The position numbers were made by a program, and so were the translations under genes. Positions 11,043 to 24,689 of a stretch of DNA of 64,000 nt are shown in pieces. The stretch is taken from NCBI RefSeq assembly GCF_009834535.1, contig NC_045697.1, positions 79,486,001 to 79,550,000 on the forward strand, read 5' to 3'. The number at the start of each line of letters is the position of its first letter. The stretch's first letter is position 1. The notes beneath the pieces were generated by a model. The model saw only the letters and a list, made by a program, of their open reading frames with translations, had not been told where the DNA came from and made no database searches. Origin of the DNA: Camelus ferus. Taxonomy: Eukaryota.

Positions 11043-14000
11043 GTGGGTGCACAAAGTGCGGGGAGGGGCGCCCGCACCCCATTGTCCTCGCCTCCCTGGG
11101 GACTGGGACCTCGTCCCAAGGCAAAGGCTGACTGAGGAGCGGGACTGACACAGGCATACTTGGCCTCATTGCCTGGCCCACGACCATTCTCTGAATCCCT
11201 TTTTCTCAGTCTCGCTTCACACACGGACTCAGGAACACACACACACAAACACCCTTAGAAAAACACGTTCTCCAAAACCAGACGTGTAACTTCTGCACAC
11301 ACGCTCGCACACACACACCCTCAAACACACCCCGCAAACTCATCCCCCCGCCGCGCAGAGGCACACGCCCATGTCACATGACCCACTGCGGAGCTACACC
11401 ATTAGAAGGAGCCCGTGGTGCCCTCAGGGGGAAAATTCACCCCACACCCCAAACCCTGAGGACCTTGAGGGGGACCGCTGGAAGCTTTCACTTCCCACCC
11501 TCAGGAGAGAAGAAACCGCTTCTAGAGGCTGCTTACCAGTTCTCAACTTTCGGACAGAGCTACACCCAATAATTGCAGCCCAGTATTAGACACTAGTACT
11601 AGAAAACGTGTGTGTGCTCTCCCGGCGTCTGCAGACACAGTTTTCCTCAGCACTGCAAGGGGGCGGGGGGAGGGGGAGGACGCGCATTTCTTTGGCTGTT
11701 TGACTAAGCCCTGTTTTCTGTTTGTGTGGTAATATTAAAACATGGGAGTACTCCATCTGGTTGTGATCTGTGATTTGGTATCTAAAAGAGCTTTTTTGTG
11801 TCTGTGCTACCATTGCCAGGAACTACAGCATTAGCACTTTAGGTTATCACAGTAGTAACGCCAAGTGTCAGCTTGCCCTGTTCATTGTAGTGTATGGGTG
11901 TGAGAATATGATCCACTGACTGCAGATAGGCAACCTCTTTACCAAAGATAATCGAATTGCTGTTTAGAAATAGAGTAAAATTGGTTGATGGAGCAGGAGG
12001 ATAATGCCCAACAGAATGGTTTTTCTTCAGGTTAATGTGGAAATTTTGAAGAACCCAGAAGCTTTAGTGAGAATTTATAAAAACATGATAGTAAAATTTG
12101 GTTGACATTAAACAAGGTGTTTGTCATATTTGAATTTTAATATGTATAGATAATGTTATTTTAGGGGTAACTTGTTTATGTTTATTTTTAATACAATAAC
12201 TATAAATCAATGAGTGCTTTTTTTTTTAATGGCACCCTGTGTCTCAGTGAAATTGTTAAGGTTTTAAATTCTTATAGAATCGAAGACTTTAATTTTATGA
12301 CAGTGCATTTTTAATTGCAGTTGCAGCTAATTTTTTCCCCCTGAAGAACTGTGGTAGCATGCATCATTAAGTCTGTATTTGTGATATTTATGCATCTAAG
12401 AATGAAGGTGAAATGATTGCTGTTTGCAATATAAGAAAAATCACATCCTATGGGAAAAATCATTTTTATACCTATTTGATTAAGTATGTATGTATGTGTA
12501 TATAGTTATATAAGCATTGAGGAAGTAAAATATGTTAATTTAAATAGATTATATGCACAAATAAGAATCTCTGTGAAATCTCATTCTATATTTAGAATAC
12601 TACTGACCTAAGAAATAGTATGCATGAAAATAGTTACTAGAAAAAAATTGCATGAAAAGTCATTGCTATTTTGCAGAGTAGATACTCTACTTAGAGGACC
12701 TCATAATTAGAAGCTGTATAAATGACATCATGCTGCAACATTCAAGTAATTGGTGTCCTCTGTTCAGACTTTCATTTCTGTGACCTTACAGAAGTACTGT
12801 TTTAGTGATTGGTGCATTAATTTGCATAGGATGTAGAAATAGGTTGCTGGAATTATTGGAATCATTCCAGTCTATCTGATTCATCCAGGCAGGTGGAACA
12901 GAAGTACTGACAACCTCTGACTGCAGCATCACCACTTTTCAGCAAGTGATTTTGAGCAAATTAGAAATAAAAAAAACAGAAGAGATAACTGTTTTCTTGC
13001 AAAGTGGTGAAATTTTTAGGTCCTAGTCCCAGTATATTTTAACTGTGTCCCTGACATATTTCTCCTTGTTCTTTAGCAATTCCTTTCTGAATCAATTCTG
13101 TATTGAATCAGAATTGAATTAAAATCTGGATTGTTTTCCTCTTTCTAAACATAGTTGACAGAAAAAGTATAATTGAAAAAGCACAGAAGTCCAATCCAAG
13201 GTTGAAAGATGTTAATTAAAGACATCTCATGAGTTTTAGCAACAGATAAATTTATTGGTCATAATTTTGATTATACAATAAAAGTTTAGAAATAAAAATA
13301 TTTTAGAAAGGCTTTCAGTGACTATAAATATAAAATATAAATATATACTATAAATTTCAGTAAATTAGTATATTTAACTGCTAATTTCACTGAAAATATG
13401 CTATGTGAAGATTCATTTATTCAACATTTATTCAGCACAAAGTAAGGTTTTATACCCTAAACATACAGAAATGAAGAAGACAAAAATTTTATCCATTAGG
13501 AGCCATAGTTAATTTTAGTGAAGACAAGCATTAAAGAATTTGAAATTTGAATTGCTTGTAGGGGCTTTTCCATGTTATTTTTAAAAATATATATTTATTT
13601 CTCAGCTTTTTGTCTTGATCATTCCTCTAATAATGAGTCTAAATAATACCTAAGTTTGCATATACCTGAAAAGTCATCGTATGACTGAATTAATATTTGC
13701 ATCCACTTGATATATATTTCTGTTCTCTTGATCTTTTGGAAGAAGTTTTTTCTTTTTAAGCTTTTGGACAATGCTGATATAGCATGAAATAGCTAATGTA
13801 GTTCAGTGCATTTACCAATGCAGTTAAAATCTAGGTTCCCAAAAATGAGAAGATCAAGGGACATTGACCTTCAACTTCATTCTGTAATGTTAAGGAAGAA
13901 AAAAATATTAATATACTCTGTCTTCTCAGGCTCCTAAGATACTAGACATTTTTTTTTTCTCTTTTAAGAAAAAGGTTATTTTTTCTTTATTTTATATGTA

Positions 14001-14054
14001 AGATAATTATGGTATAGAGGTTTCACTACTTTTTTAAAAAACATTTAAGTCAAA

Positions 14055-14692
<638 letters not shown>

Positions 14693-15179
14693 CATTTAAG
14701 TCAAATTAGTTACCAAACTATGGAGACAGATTTCCTGGATTTCATTATCTGTTTATTCTTTATTCATTTTCTGACTTTGTAAAAGAAAAGATTTAGAAAT
14801 GGTAGTTTTGCAACTAAGTTTTTAAACAGTTTGTCTACATACATTATGTACATTAAGAGATCCATGTGACTTCTAAGGCCACTGCCAGAAAATTTAAATC
14901 AATTAAATGAATATTATTGAGATCTTGAAGTTAAGACACTTTGCTAGCACCTTTTTGGGCCTCATCATCTTTCTAGTGAGCTCTGATGGGAGTTTCCAAA
15001 GCATTGGTTGCTTTGAGAATTGAGAGGTCCAAGACATCTGTTATAATTGGTGCCGGTAAAATTTAGTGTCTTTCTCTTATTTCATGATCAGTCCTTCTCC
15101 AAGATCTGTGAGTATTAGTGTTATTTCGTTTATGGAAGCAAACCAGTGTTCCTTCTTTGTTTGCTGTGGAAAGTCAGAG

Positions 15180-15370
15180 ACCTCCCATATGGTAATAATA
15201 AAATATGTGCAATGAGCTGGTGTGATGCTAAGCTAGTTACAGTTTTCCCAACAGTCCTATGAAGGAGATACTATTATTCCCATTTTCGAGATGAAAAATG
15301 TGGGTTTAGTGAAACTAAGCTACATCCTCAAGGTCATAGCTACTAAGTTGCAACTCAGAGATTTAAAATA
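15180..15370 (-). mobile_element. MIR SINE
   Basis: caacagtcctatgaaggagatactattattcccattttcgagatgaaaa matches reverse MIR. Confidence 0.65.
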
Positions 15371-15984
15371 CATTTAAATCACTATTGTTTTATTGTCTTC
15401 CCCTTCTAATTTTGAGACATTATAACAGGGGAGATCTTCTTAGCACTCCTGCTACTTTGAGCCATTTGTAACCATTCTCAGGAATCCTCCATTAAGTTGC
15501 CTTGATTAACTGAAGGATTTACAACAGAGTTGAAATAATTTTCATTACTCTAATTCATTAAATGAGAATAACTTGAATTTCATTTTCACTTCTGTATTAA
15601 GAGAGCATTTCTCCAGCCTCAGGGTTGCTGAAAGGAGAGACTAAGGTCCTTATTTAGTTTTCCTTTTCCAGAGAGCTCCTCAGTTATTCCTGCTATTTCC
15701 ACGATGGTCCTGGGAAAAATAATTCTAAGAATGAGTTGGGTTAGTGGAGAGTCTTCCTGAACAGGCATAAATATATAGTAGGCTTGCATTTTCAAGTGTT
15801 TCAGTTTCTTCCAATATTGATTCCATTTTTTGTTTATGCTTGTCAAGGTAAGCTATATATTTTGAATTTTCATGTTATGTGAAGTATTTGAGTTACAAAA
15901 GAGAATACTTTAGACAGTGAAGGATGAGAGAAGAAAGCAATAAATGAATACAGTGACACATTGATATAATTGGTATAGAGTTTT

Positions 15985-16765
15985 AAATTTTGTTTTTTTA
16001 TCTACATACAGTAAAATTCACTTTTCGTACAGTTTAATGAGTTTTGACAAATACTTAGAGTTATGTATCTACCACCACAATCTAGGTATATAACAGTTCT
16101 ATCTCCCTGAAACATTCCCTTGTGCTAATTCCTCTGCAATCAAACAAATCCTTCCACCTCCAACCTCTGGCAGCCACTGTGCTGTCCTCTGTCCCTACAT
16201 TTTTGCCTTTCCTAGAGTGTCATATAAATGGAATCATCCAGAAAATTTTGGAGTTGACTTTTTTCATTCAGCATAATGCTCTTAATAGTCATCTAACTTC
16301 TTGCATTTGTCACTATTTTGTTCCTTTTTATTGTGGAATAGTAATTCATTGTATAGGTATACCACTGTTTAGCCATTCAGATGAAAGACATTGGGGCATT
16401 TCCAGGTTGGAGCAATTATGAATAAAATTGCTATTAGACATTTGTACACAGGTTTTGTGTAAACATACATTTTCACTTCCCTTGGGTATATACCTAGGAA
16501 TAGGATCATTGGATCATATATGGTAAGCGTATGTTTAACTTTATAGGAAACTGCCAAACTATTTTCCAAGGGGGTTATACTGCTTTTGCATTCCTTCCAA
16601 AAATGAATGAGAGTTCCTGTTGCTCCACATCCTTACTAATTTTTGGTGTTGTCATTTTTTTTTTTTTTTGCATTAGTCATACTGATGGACAGAAGTAGCT
16701 CATTGTGATTTTAATTTGTATTTCTTTAATGACTAATGATGTTGAACACTTTTGCCAACATTTCC
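15985..16765 (-). mobile_element. L1M (L1MC/L1ME-like) ORF2 end plus 3' UTR
   Basis: ORF 16369-16569(-) ENSLAVSYK..YDP..LGIYPRE..K resembles the L1 ORF2 C-terminus; agagtgtcatataaatggaatcat motif. Confidence 0.85.
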
Positions 16766-19700
16766 TTTGTTGAAGTGTCCAAATATAATCCAAGGGCAGA
16801 ACCTAAGCCCAGGACTCATTAACAATTGAAAATCAGACAACATGCAAAAGTATGTGTTTGCATATAGTGATTTATGAATATTTAAGTGGGAAAATATTAT
16901 ACCTACTTTGGCTGGAAACTCTTTTTCATTGAACTCCATTTTCTCCTTAGATCATTTTAGATTATTCAAGTTCTGGAGTATTATTAACAAGTACTGTTTC
17001 TGTTCACTTTTCGGAATCCTGCTTTCATCATAATTCTTTGCAATCACTTAATGACCGATATGTGTAACAACTTGGAAAGCAGATAATCCATACTTTAGAT
17101 TTCAGATTAGTTTAGTGGATGCACAAGGAGTATAAGTAATTTGCTCAGAACTACCTAGCAAATGAATGGCAGTCTGAACAAGGCCCTGATTAGTAATTGT
17201 TTGCTCTTTAGCCAATGGAATTTTATTACATTTCAAACAACAAGATAGCAATCAATCACAGTTTTCTCTTTAACTGTCATTTAGTGGAAGATATACTAAT
17301 AATGTAACCTTCCTTTACATTTTCACTTGGATGTAGAAAGTATATATTTGGATACATAGAAAGTGGCCCTTAAAATGAGAAATCAAATTTAAAATGTCAG
17401 TTGTCACCTGTAGAATACCCCTTGGTGGTCATTTTAAGAGATAACTTAGATTTTTCAAAAGAAAAGTCACCATTATATAAAATAAGTTATGGTTCATTTG
17501 AAAAATTCTTGCTAAAAAGGATATTAGATCTATCCCTGCTCTCAAAAATCTTACAATCATAGAAGAAGAAATCCAGCAGGGTACACAGCTTACTGTAATA
17601 CAGATAGAATATGGGAAGTATGACAGCAGAGTACAAAGTACCATGGGAGGACAGATAAAAGAAGTTTATTTTGTTTGGAGGAAATCATATTAGGTTTAGT
17701 GAAACAGTTGAAATCTGAGTGGGATATTGATGAATGCATTTAATTTTGACAGGTAAAGATTAGATAAAAAGCGTTTCAGATCCAGAATGAACAGCATGAA
17801 AAGACACACAGAGATGGGAAAATATTGGCGGCTAGGCAGAATGGTTAGTAATCAATCCCAGTTGGCCACAGAGTAAGAGACAAGGAGAGACTGGTGAAAG
17901 ATAAATTGGAAAGATAATACATAGAACATCAGGGAGAGTCTTCAGTTTACCAGAGTTTGGTTTTTATTCTGTAGAATGTGAATACTCCTGCTAGGGCTTA
18001 TCCCTCCCATCCCCAGATAAAAGCTACCTTCAAATAAAATCATCATCATCATCATCACCTAATCATGGATGAGCCATATTTTCACAATCTTAACTCAATG
18101 TGAAAAAAAGTAACTTTAGGAAACATTGCTGTTTTCATCGATTCTGTAACGTAAAATCTAAGAAAAACAATGTTTACTTTCTGCACAAATAACTTCGTGC
18201 CATGCTCCCTTAGATTCTGTCTTCTAATCAGATCACCTTCTCTTGAATAGAAATTCTGGAGCTGTTGTTTCATGTTGGGTTTTGAAGGAATAACTTATTT
18301 CAAAGGCTGACCAATAATAGATTTAAGATCATAGCTCTCACTAAGATGTCTTTGTAAAAATGTAACTTGTAGAACACTCAGAAAAGAAATGAACATTGTA
18401 ATAGATATTGCTTATCTGGCTTGGCTTATTTGGGCACCAGGATCTTGACTAATGTCCGGGAATTAGTCCAGATATCTTTTGGGAACAATGCTTTCAAAAA
18501 GTTCTTTAATTTGGGACTTTTTGAAGGTAATAAAACAATGCATAAGGAATAATGGAACTCACAATATTGAATGAAAATTATGGGTATTTAAAGATGCAAT
18601 AATTTAAGCATATCTTTGCAATTATTAATACTATCCAGTGGGGTTTTGGTATGAAGTTCTGTGCATATTCAGTAAGAAGTTTCAGTCCTGTCTGGATTTC
18701 CTTTCTTCCAGATGTAACCTGATGACATTCTAAATCCCATATCTTTCCCGGCAATGTCTGTGCTGCAGTTGATAAATTCTTTGTTTAAGGCCATTATCAT
18801 TATCTGCATATTAATCTTACTTGATGCTAATGTGATTTAATTTGAAAATTGTTAATTTAGTCAATTTAATTAAAGTTAATTTAAATATTATTTAAAGTAT
18901 AAGTTTCTGGGTTGTTTGCCTCTGTTGCTTTACTCTGCAAATCTTCTGCCACGGTATATCTACTAACCTGTTAATGATATATCTGTAATCAGTGTCTTCT
19001 GTCTTGAGAATGTGTATTTGGTCATGATCACCATTTGGTGAGCTGTACGTGATGGAAGGATATTTTAAGTTACAGCTTACTTGGTCATTTCTTGATGGGA
19101 GTTCATGCTGAAAACAAAACTCTTTGGGCAGACTGATGGTACCTCCTTGTGTTACACATGACCAGAGCAGAAAGTTTAGGGAATGGAAGCCAACAGGAAG
19201 CCAAAGATGCAATCATGCTCATTGAGAATGATATCTCACATTTTAAAGAAATTGAAGGAAGCATCAAGATCTGAGTTTTTGTCAAGTGTGACATCTGGGA
19301 TTCATTTTTTCTTTTAATGGAAATTAAACAAACATTCTTTTGTTTTACCTGAGCAGGCCTGAAAACAGTTTTCTTCTTTTAAATGCTTTATTTCACATCA
19401 ACTGAAGTAGTAACAACTCTCCCTGAATCTTCTACACTATCTTTATATACAAGTTATTTATCACAACAATTTTCCCTTATAAGAGATAGTAACTTGCCAG
19501 CCACTTGGTATTAAAAATCAGACTCCTGGAAATGCAATATTTCAAATCCATTAACCTTTGTTCAACTCTTACGGTAATAAATGTAGAAGGATCACATCAT
19601 TTTTCTGCAGTGTATGATCTAATATAACTTGAGTTTGTCTGACCTTTTTTCTGACTGTCCTAAAGGATACGCTCACAAAACTAAAAGAAATCTTCCCACA

Positions 19701-20789
19701 GGTTTTGTGAATACTGTGTTTCTCTTTTGATGTCTGTCTTTGCTTTAATATCATAAAGCTATTTCACCCTAGTTTATTTTGGTATCAGGAAATTCAAAAT
19801 AAAACTTTTCTGGAACTAGATTTAACCTGGTTTAACCAATTTACTGCCACATGTAATGGCTGATAGTCACAAACATGAGCAAAAATATTAGCTGCATAGT
19901 ATTGTGATATTGCTTAAATTGTGTGAGCTTATAAATTTAAGAATAACAGATATATTTAACATAAATTATATGGACTCATCATTTTCATAATGCAAGTTTA
20001 TAAAGAAAAATATTTGTTTTGTACATTTGCACAATTGAGCTAAAAATAATATCCAGTAAATTAGTATATTTAATGTTATTCCCTACCCATGATAGTTATC
20101 AAGTATTTGTGTAGCTTTGTTAGAAGTTCTTATAAATTTTATTTCAACACCAATGAATAAATATTTAAGAAAACATGAATTTATAAATATAAGAATAGGT
20201 ATAATGTAGAAGAGTAACAGGGCTGTTGACTAAATCACACTTCTAATTGGATAAAAGATCTTGTATGCCAACTTAGAAAATCCTACCTCTATTTTTGATA
20301 AAAGCTTGGATTGTTGTATCACTGGCTTAATTCTTTCATCTGAGATTACAAAATGTTTTATTCATGAATGCTTCTTTCATAGCCACCCTCTTCAGTTATA
20401 AAAGAAAGCCAGGAACACACCTCCACCTCTAAACATTGTATTTTCACATATTCTTGCTTTCTTCCTTCCTGTTTCAGAGGAAGAATTATTCTGACCTTAA
20501 TCACACTCATTTTGCCTCTTCTAGGACTTGACTTTGTCCCGGAGTTGTTTTCTTTTTTCCTCAATTTTTTCATCCTCATTGTTATAGAGACTGGGGCGGG
20601 GATAAGCCTGATAATGAGGTAAAGGAAACCCAACTGCCATGAAGAGAAGGCTGCTTTGGTTGAGAATTTAACAGACTGACAGCCTTAATCCTTCTAGACT
20701 CCTCAGCAGTTTTGATTCTGTTGAGCACCATTCATATGTTCAACAATTATATTGAACTCCTCTGAAGTAATGATACTCACACTTAACTG

Positions 20790-20980
20790 ACCCCGAGTTT
20801 GTGCCAAGCTCTGTGACAAGTTCTTTACCTGTATTATCTCATTTTATTCTCCCATCCATTCTAGGAGATAGGTACAGTAATTATCCCAATTTAAAGATAA
20901 AGAAAATGAAGTTTAGTATTTTGCTCAAGATCACACAGCCAAGTAAATGGCAGAGTGAGGGGTTCATACCCACATGTTAG
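20790..20980 (-). mobile_element. MIR SINE
   Basis: ttatcccaatttaaagataaagaaaatgaag...ttgctcaagatcacacagc...aaatggcagag. Confidence 0.65.
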
Positions 20981-20999
20981 GCATCAGAACCCCTGTTCT

Positions 21000-21460
21000 T
21001 AAACAGAGCATATGATGCTACCTTTTCATGCCAGGTGCCATGGTAGGGACTGGAAATACAGAGGTGAAAACACTCAGTACTCATGGAACTTAATCTATAG
21101 CTATATGGCATATATGTTATCAGGAAAATAAACCAAACAGATAGAATGTCATGATTTTGATATGGAGGTATGATCCAATGCAATGGGGACCTTTTATTTG
21201 CTTAGGGAATTCAGCAAAGGCCTTAAAGAGAAGCTGGTACTTGAAGGAAAGAGTCAGAGTTTGCAACGTGACTAAGATAGGCAGGGAATTCCAGGCAGAG
21301 GGAACACAGGTGCAAAGGCATGGAAGTAGAGAGCATGTTGCATTTGGGGGAATTATCCATAGTTCAGAATGGCTGGAGTACAGTGTTTGGAGGAGGTCAC
21401 CGGAGATGAGACTGGTGAGTCAATCTAGAGCCAGATCATAAAAAGCCTTATTTGTTATGA
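21000..21460 (-). mobile_element. L2 fragment
   Basis: gggaattccaggcagagggaacacaggtgcaaaggcatggaag and similar L2 motifs. Confidence 0.65.
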
Positions 21461-22079
21461 TGACTCATTTGTGGTTTTCTTCCTAGCGTTTTCCTGGGCA
21501 GTTCTTTATCATTCTCCTCCATCATTTCCTCTTCCTTTGCTTGTTATCTCTCTATTAGTGTCTCTCAGAGACTCTGCTTTCCATCTTCGAGTTTCTTCTC
21601 TTACATATTTATACTTCTTCCCAGACTACCACCATATGTTACCGCCATTACCACCCATATGCTAACTTTTCTTCCATCACTATCTTAGTGCCAACCCCTC
21701 TCTTGACTTAATATTTTCATCTGACCTCTCTAAACCTTCTCCTTTTTATTCTTCAAGTCCTTCAAACTTAATATGTCTAAAAGGATGCCACTATTTGCTC
21801 CCCACCCCACAAAAAGTCTCACATATGTAGACTAGGTAGAAGGGAGGAAATGGAGTTTGGTTTTATGATGTACTTTTAATAAGTAAGGTATTTCAGAGCA
21901 CTTTACTATGTAATGGATAACTCACATATTTTCTAGTTAAATTTCCGTTGGTAAATGGAAAAGCCATTATGAACTGTAAAAGAACTTAAATTTGGCTTTG
22001 AGTATTCGTGAGGGATGAAGGATGTAATGGGTTCATGATTAAGAAGTTTTCCTTATCTGTTGTTTTTCTGAAAAGTTCT

Positions 22080-22216
22080 GGGGGAGGGTATAGCTCAAGT
22101 AGTAGAGCACATGCTTAGCATGCATGAGGTCCTGGGTTCAATCCCCAATACCTCCTCTAAAAATAAGTAAATAAACCTAATTACCTCCCCGCCACCAAAA
22201 AAAAAAAAAAAAAAAA
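22080..22216 (+). mobile_element. Young vic-1-like SINE with long pure poly(A) and TSD
   Basis: Near-consensus tRNA-Ala head, 24 uninterrupted A (22197-22220), TSD aaaagttct at 22071-22079 and 22217-22225. Confidence 0.93.
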
Positions 22217-23319
22217 AAAAGTTCTATGGGATTATCTTAGTATGCCAAAAAAAAAAAAAACAAAAAACAAAAAAACACCCCAAAGCAAAATAACCCCATG
22301 CCACTCCATTAACTTTGTGGGCTCCTTTTTCTCTCTCCTTGAAGTTCAAAAGCTCATGCTCCTGGGCCACTCTAAAAGTTCAGTACCTGAAAGGTAGGGT
22401 GGGAGGAAGGATGCTGAGGAAAGAGTTAGGACGGAAGATGGAGAGTTCTTTTGTGCCTCTTAGACCTGGGTTTGCCACTGTGATGAAGGTAATAAAGATT
22501 CCTTTATCAGTCTGGAACTGACTAGGAGTTTGGCTGCCCTGAGGAAGTCAGTGTCCCTGTACACCTGGAAAAAGGCTGTGACCTTCCAAATTAGAATGTG
22601 GGAGAGGTGGAAAGGAGAGATGATTCTCAAGTTATTGCTCTTTTCAAAGAGGAAAGTAACAATGAAATTGTGAATCATGAAATGAAAATGTCAGGATTTA
22701 TTGTGTCTAGCTAGCAACTCATATGCAGGTATGGTGGAAGTGGCATTGTGGGCATTAATAGAAAAGATATCAAAAATGAGTCATTGTTTGAGTAAGTGAA
22801 TCACCTGGGATCACCTTAATCCAAACTGATGGCATCTAGAGTGATTAAAATGAGTTTCTCCTAGAAGAGAAGTAAAAGCATCAGAGAGAGAATTTTCATA
22901 TCTTGCATGTTTTATTATCAGGCTTCATCTGTTGTCCTCAAATTTAATAGAAAAAAATGTAATCTCATAAAAGTTTTTGTTTTATTAACTTTCATTAAAG
23001 ATTTTGTTTTATTAACTTTTATGCCCACAGATTCCTGACCCTGCAGACATATTATCTGAGTGATTTCTAACCAGCTACCACAATTTGGTATGCTCTAAAT
23101 TGCTTCAAGGCTGGCAATTGATCCCTACAGCTCCAGCAAAGATAATATAGTTGCAGTTTATCGTTTGGTCTTCAACTCTTTTAACTTATCCTTACTCTGG
23201 CCCCCAAAGCTTCTTTGTCTGGATCACCTAACAGTCTCTCTTTCTCTATCATTGCAAATGATGAAGTTGTGTTCTAGAATCACAGCTATTTAATGGAAAA
23301 ATCTACCTAAAACACACAC

Positions 23320-23824
23320 ATATCATTAAGATGTTTCATCTAATTATGCCTTAAGCCATAAAGGTATCTACTGTTTACCTAGCAAGGAGGCCAGAAGTTA
23401 TTAGTCCTAGGATAGTTGGTTCAGTGGTTCAGTAATGTTATCAGTGATTGAAACTTCTCTGATCCTTCTGCTTTGCAGTCCTTGGATGTTTTGCTATCTC
23501 TCTTGGTCACGAGAAAGCTGCCACAATTCCGAGCATCATGTCTTTATGTAATATCCAAAACCAAAAGCAAGGTTGGGGGGGGGTGGCAGGTAGTGGCCAG
23601 GTCTTCCTCTGGTCATACATCATTTTTTATGAGGGAGAAAAATCCTGCAAAAGCCTCTTTTCCTTTCATTGTTAGAACTGTGTCACGTGTCTGCCTATCC
23701 CTTGAAAAAATCCCTAGAAATGAACAGGATGCCATGTATTGGGGTTGGGTACATTGTCATCCAATCCCAATGGCTGGAAAAATTAGAGAAAGGTATTTGC
23801 TAGCCAACCAACAATATCTGCTAC
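23320..23824. mobile_element. Old MaLR LTR (MLT1J/L-like)
   Basis: cttggtcacgagaaagctgccacaattccgagcatcatgtc and cattgttagaactgtgtcacgtgtc motifs; ends in ctgctaca. Confidence 0.55.
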
Positions 23825-24373
23825 ATCTACATAGCTAGAACTCAATTGAATTTTAGGTCTCATGAATCTGCAATTAATTTACTGGGTATTTACTACTGTT
23901 AGGTTGAAAGGCTGAATCTTATGTTCAATTTATCTACCTTAATGGAAGGAAAAGTAGTTTTTAAGTTCTTTTTCTGTTTATCTGTTTCTACAAGGGCTTG
24001 ATATAAACATTGTGGTTGATGTTTCCATGGTGATGAAAAACATAATCATCTAAGAGCATTTCTTTTGAACCTAACAGCAAAAGACACAGTTTAGATGATG
24101 ATCACAGGAACAAACAAATACGGTTCTTGACAATCGCAGAGAATGTGTTTTGAAGGAATTTGTTTTCCAGTTGATGTTATGTGTATAGTGCATTACTGAA
24201 GTTACATCTGCTTTTAAATTTTAAAATATCATCAACAGAGGTAAGAGTCTCAATTTTTGCACTCAAATTTCCGAGGGAATCTATTAGAGGTGGTCTGTGT
24301 AATAATTCCTACTATAACTATTCTCTTATCTTTTCAGTTTGAAAGTTATGCTAAGATAAAAGAAATATTTTAA

Positions 24374-24495
24374 GGGGGGTGAGTTTAGCTCAGTGGTACA
24401 ACACATGCTTAGTATGTAGGAGGTCCTGAGTTCAACCTCCAGTACCCCCATTAAAAATACAAAATAAAAATGTTTTTTAAAACAAACAAAAAAAT
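24374..24495 (+). mobile_element. tRNA-Ala-derived SINE, short form lacking the cctaattac(C)n segment
   Basis: tagctcagtggt head, ggtcctgagttcaacctccagtacc, A-rich tail, approximate TSD gaaat(a/c)ttttaag. Confidence 0.8.
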
Positions 24496-24689
24496 GAAAT
24501 CTTTTAAGATGGGCTGTCATTAGTTCATTCAACAGATATTTTTTGAATGCCTAGTAAATATGTGTCAGGCAGTGCTATAGGATTTGGAAATAAAACTGAC
24601 AAAAATTAAATCCCTCCCCTCATGGAACTTATATTCTGGTAGGTAGGAAAGATAGAAAATAAAGGCATAAAAATAAATATATGAAATCT

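Larger units (their letters stand above)
10350..11400. promoter_or_regulatory. CpG island / probable promoter of an unidentified + strand gene
   Basis: The only strongly GC- and CpG-rich kilobase in a CpG-depleted window, with GC boxes (ccccgcc, gggcgggg, ggcgggg) and two consensus + strand splice donors. Confidence 0.9.

Noticed and set aside
9700..11250. Long overlapping ORFs (e.g. 192, 182 and 154 aa on the - strand) in the CpG island
   Set aside because: Pro/Arg/Gly/Ala-rich low-complexity translations are expected where stop codons are rare in GC-rich DNA; no recognisable domain.
22970..23019. 27-bp-period direct repeat (also a 31-bp-period one at 58002-58057)
   Set aside because: Two-copy AT-rich local duplications typical of slippage; no spacer structure, not CRISPR-like.
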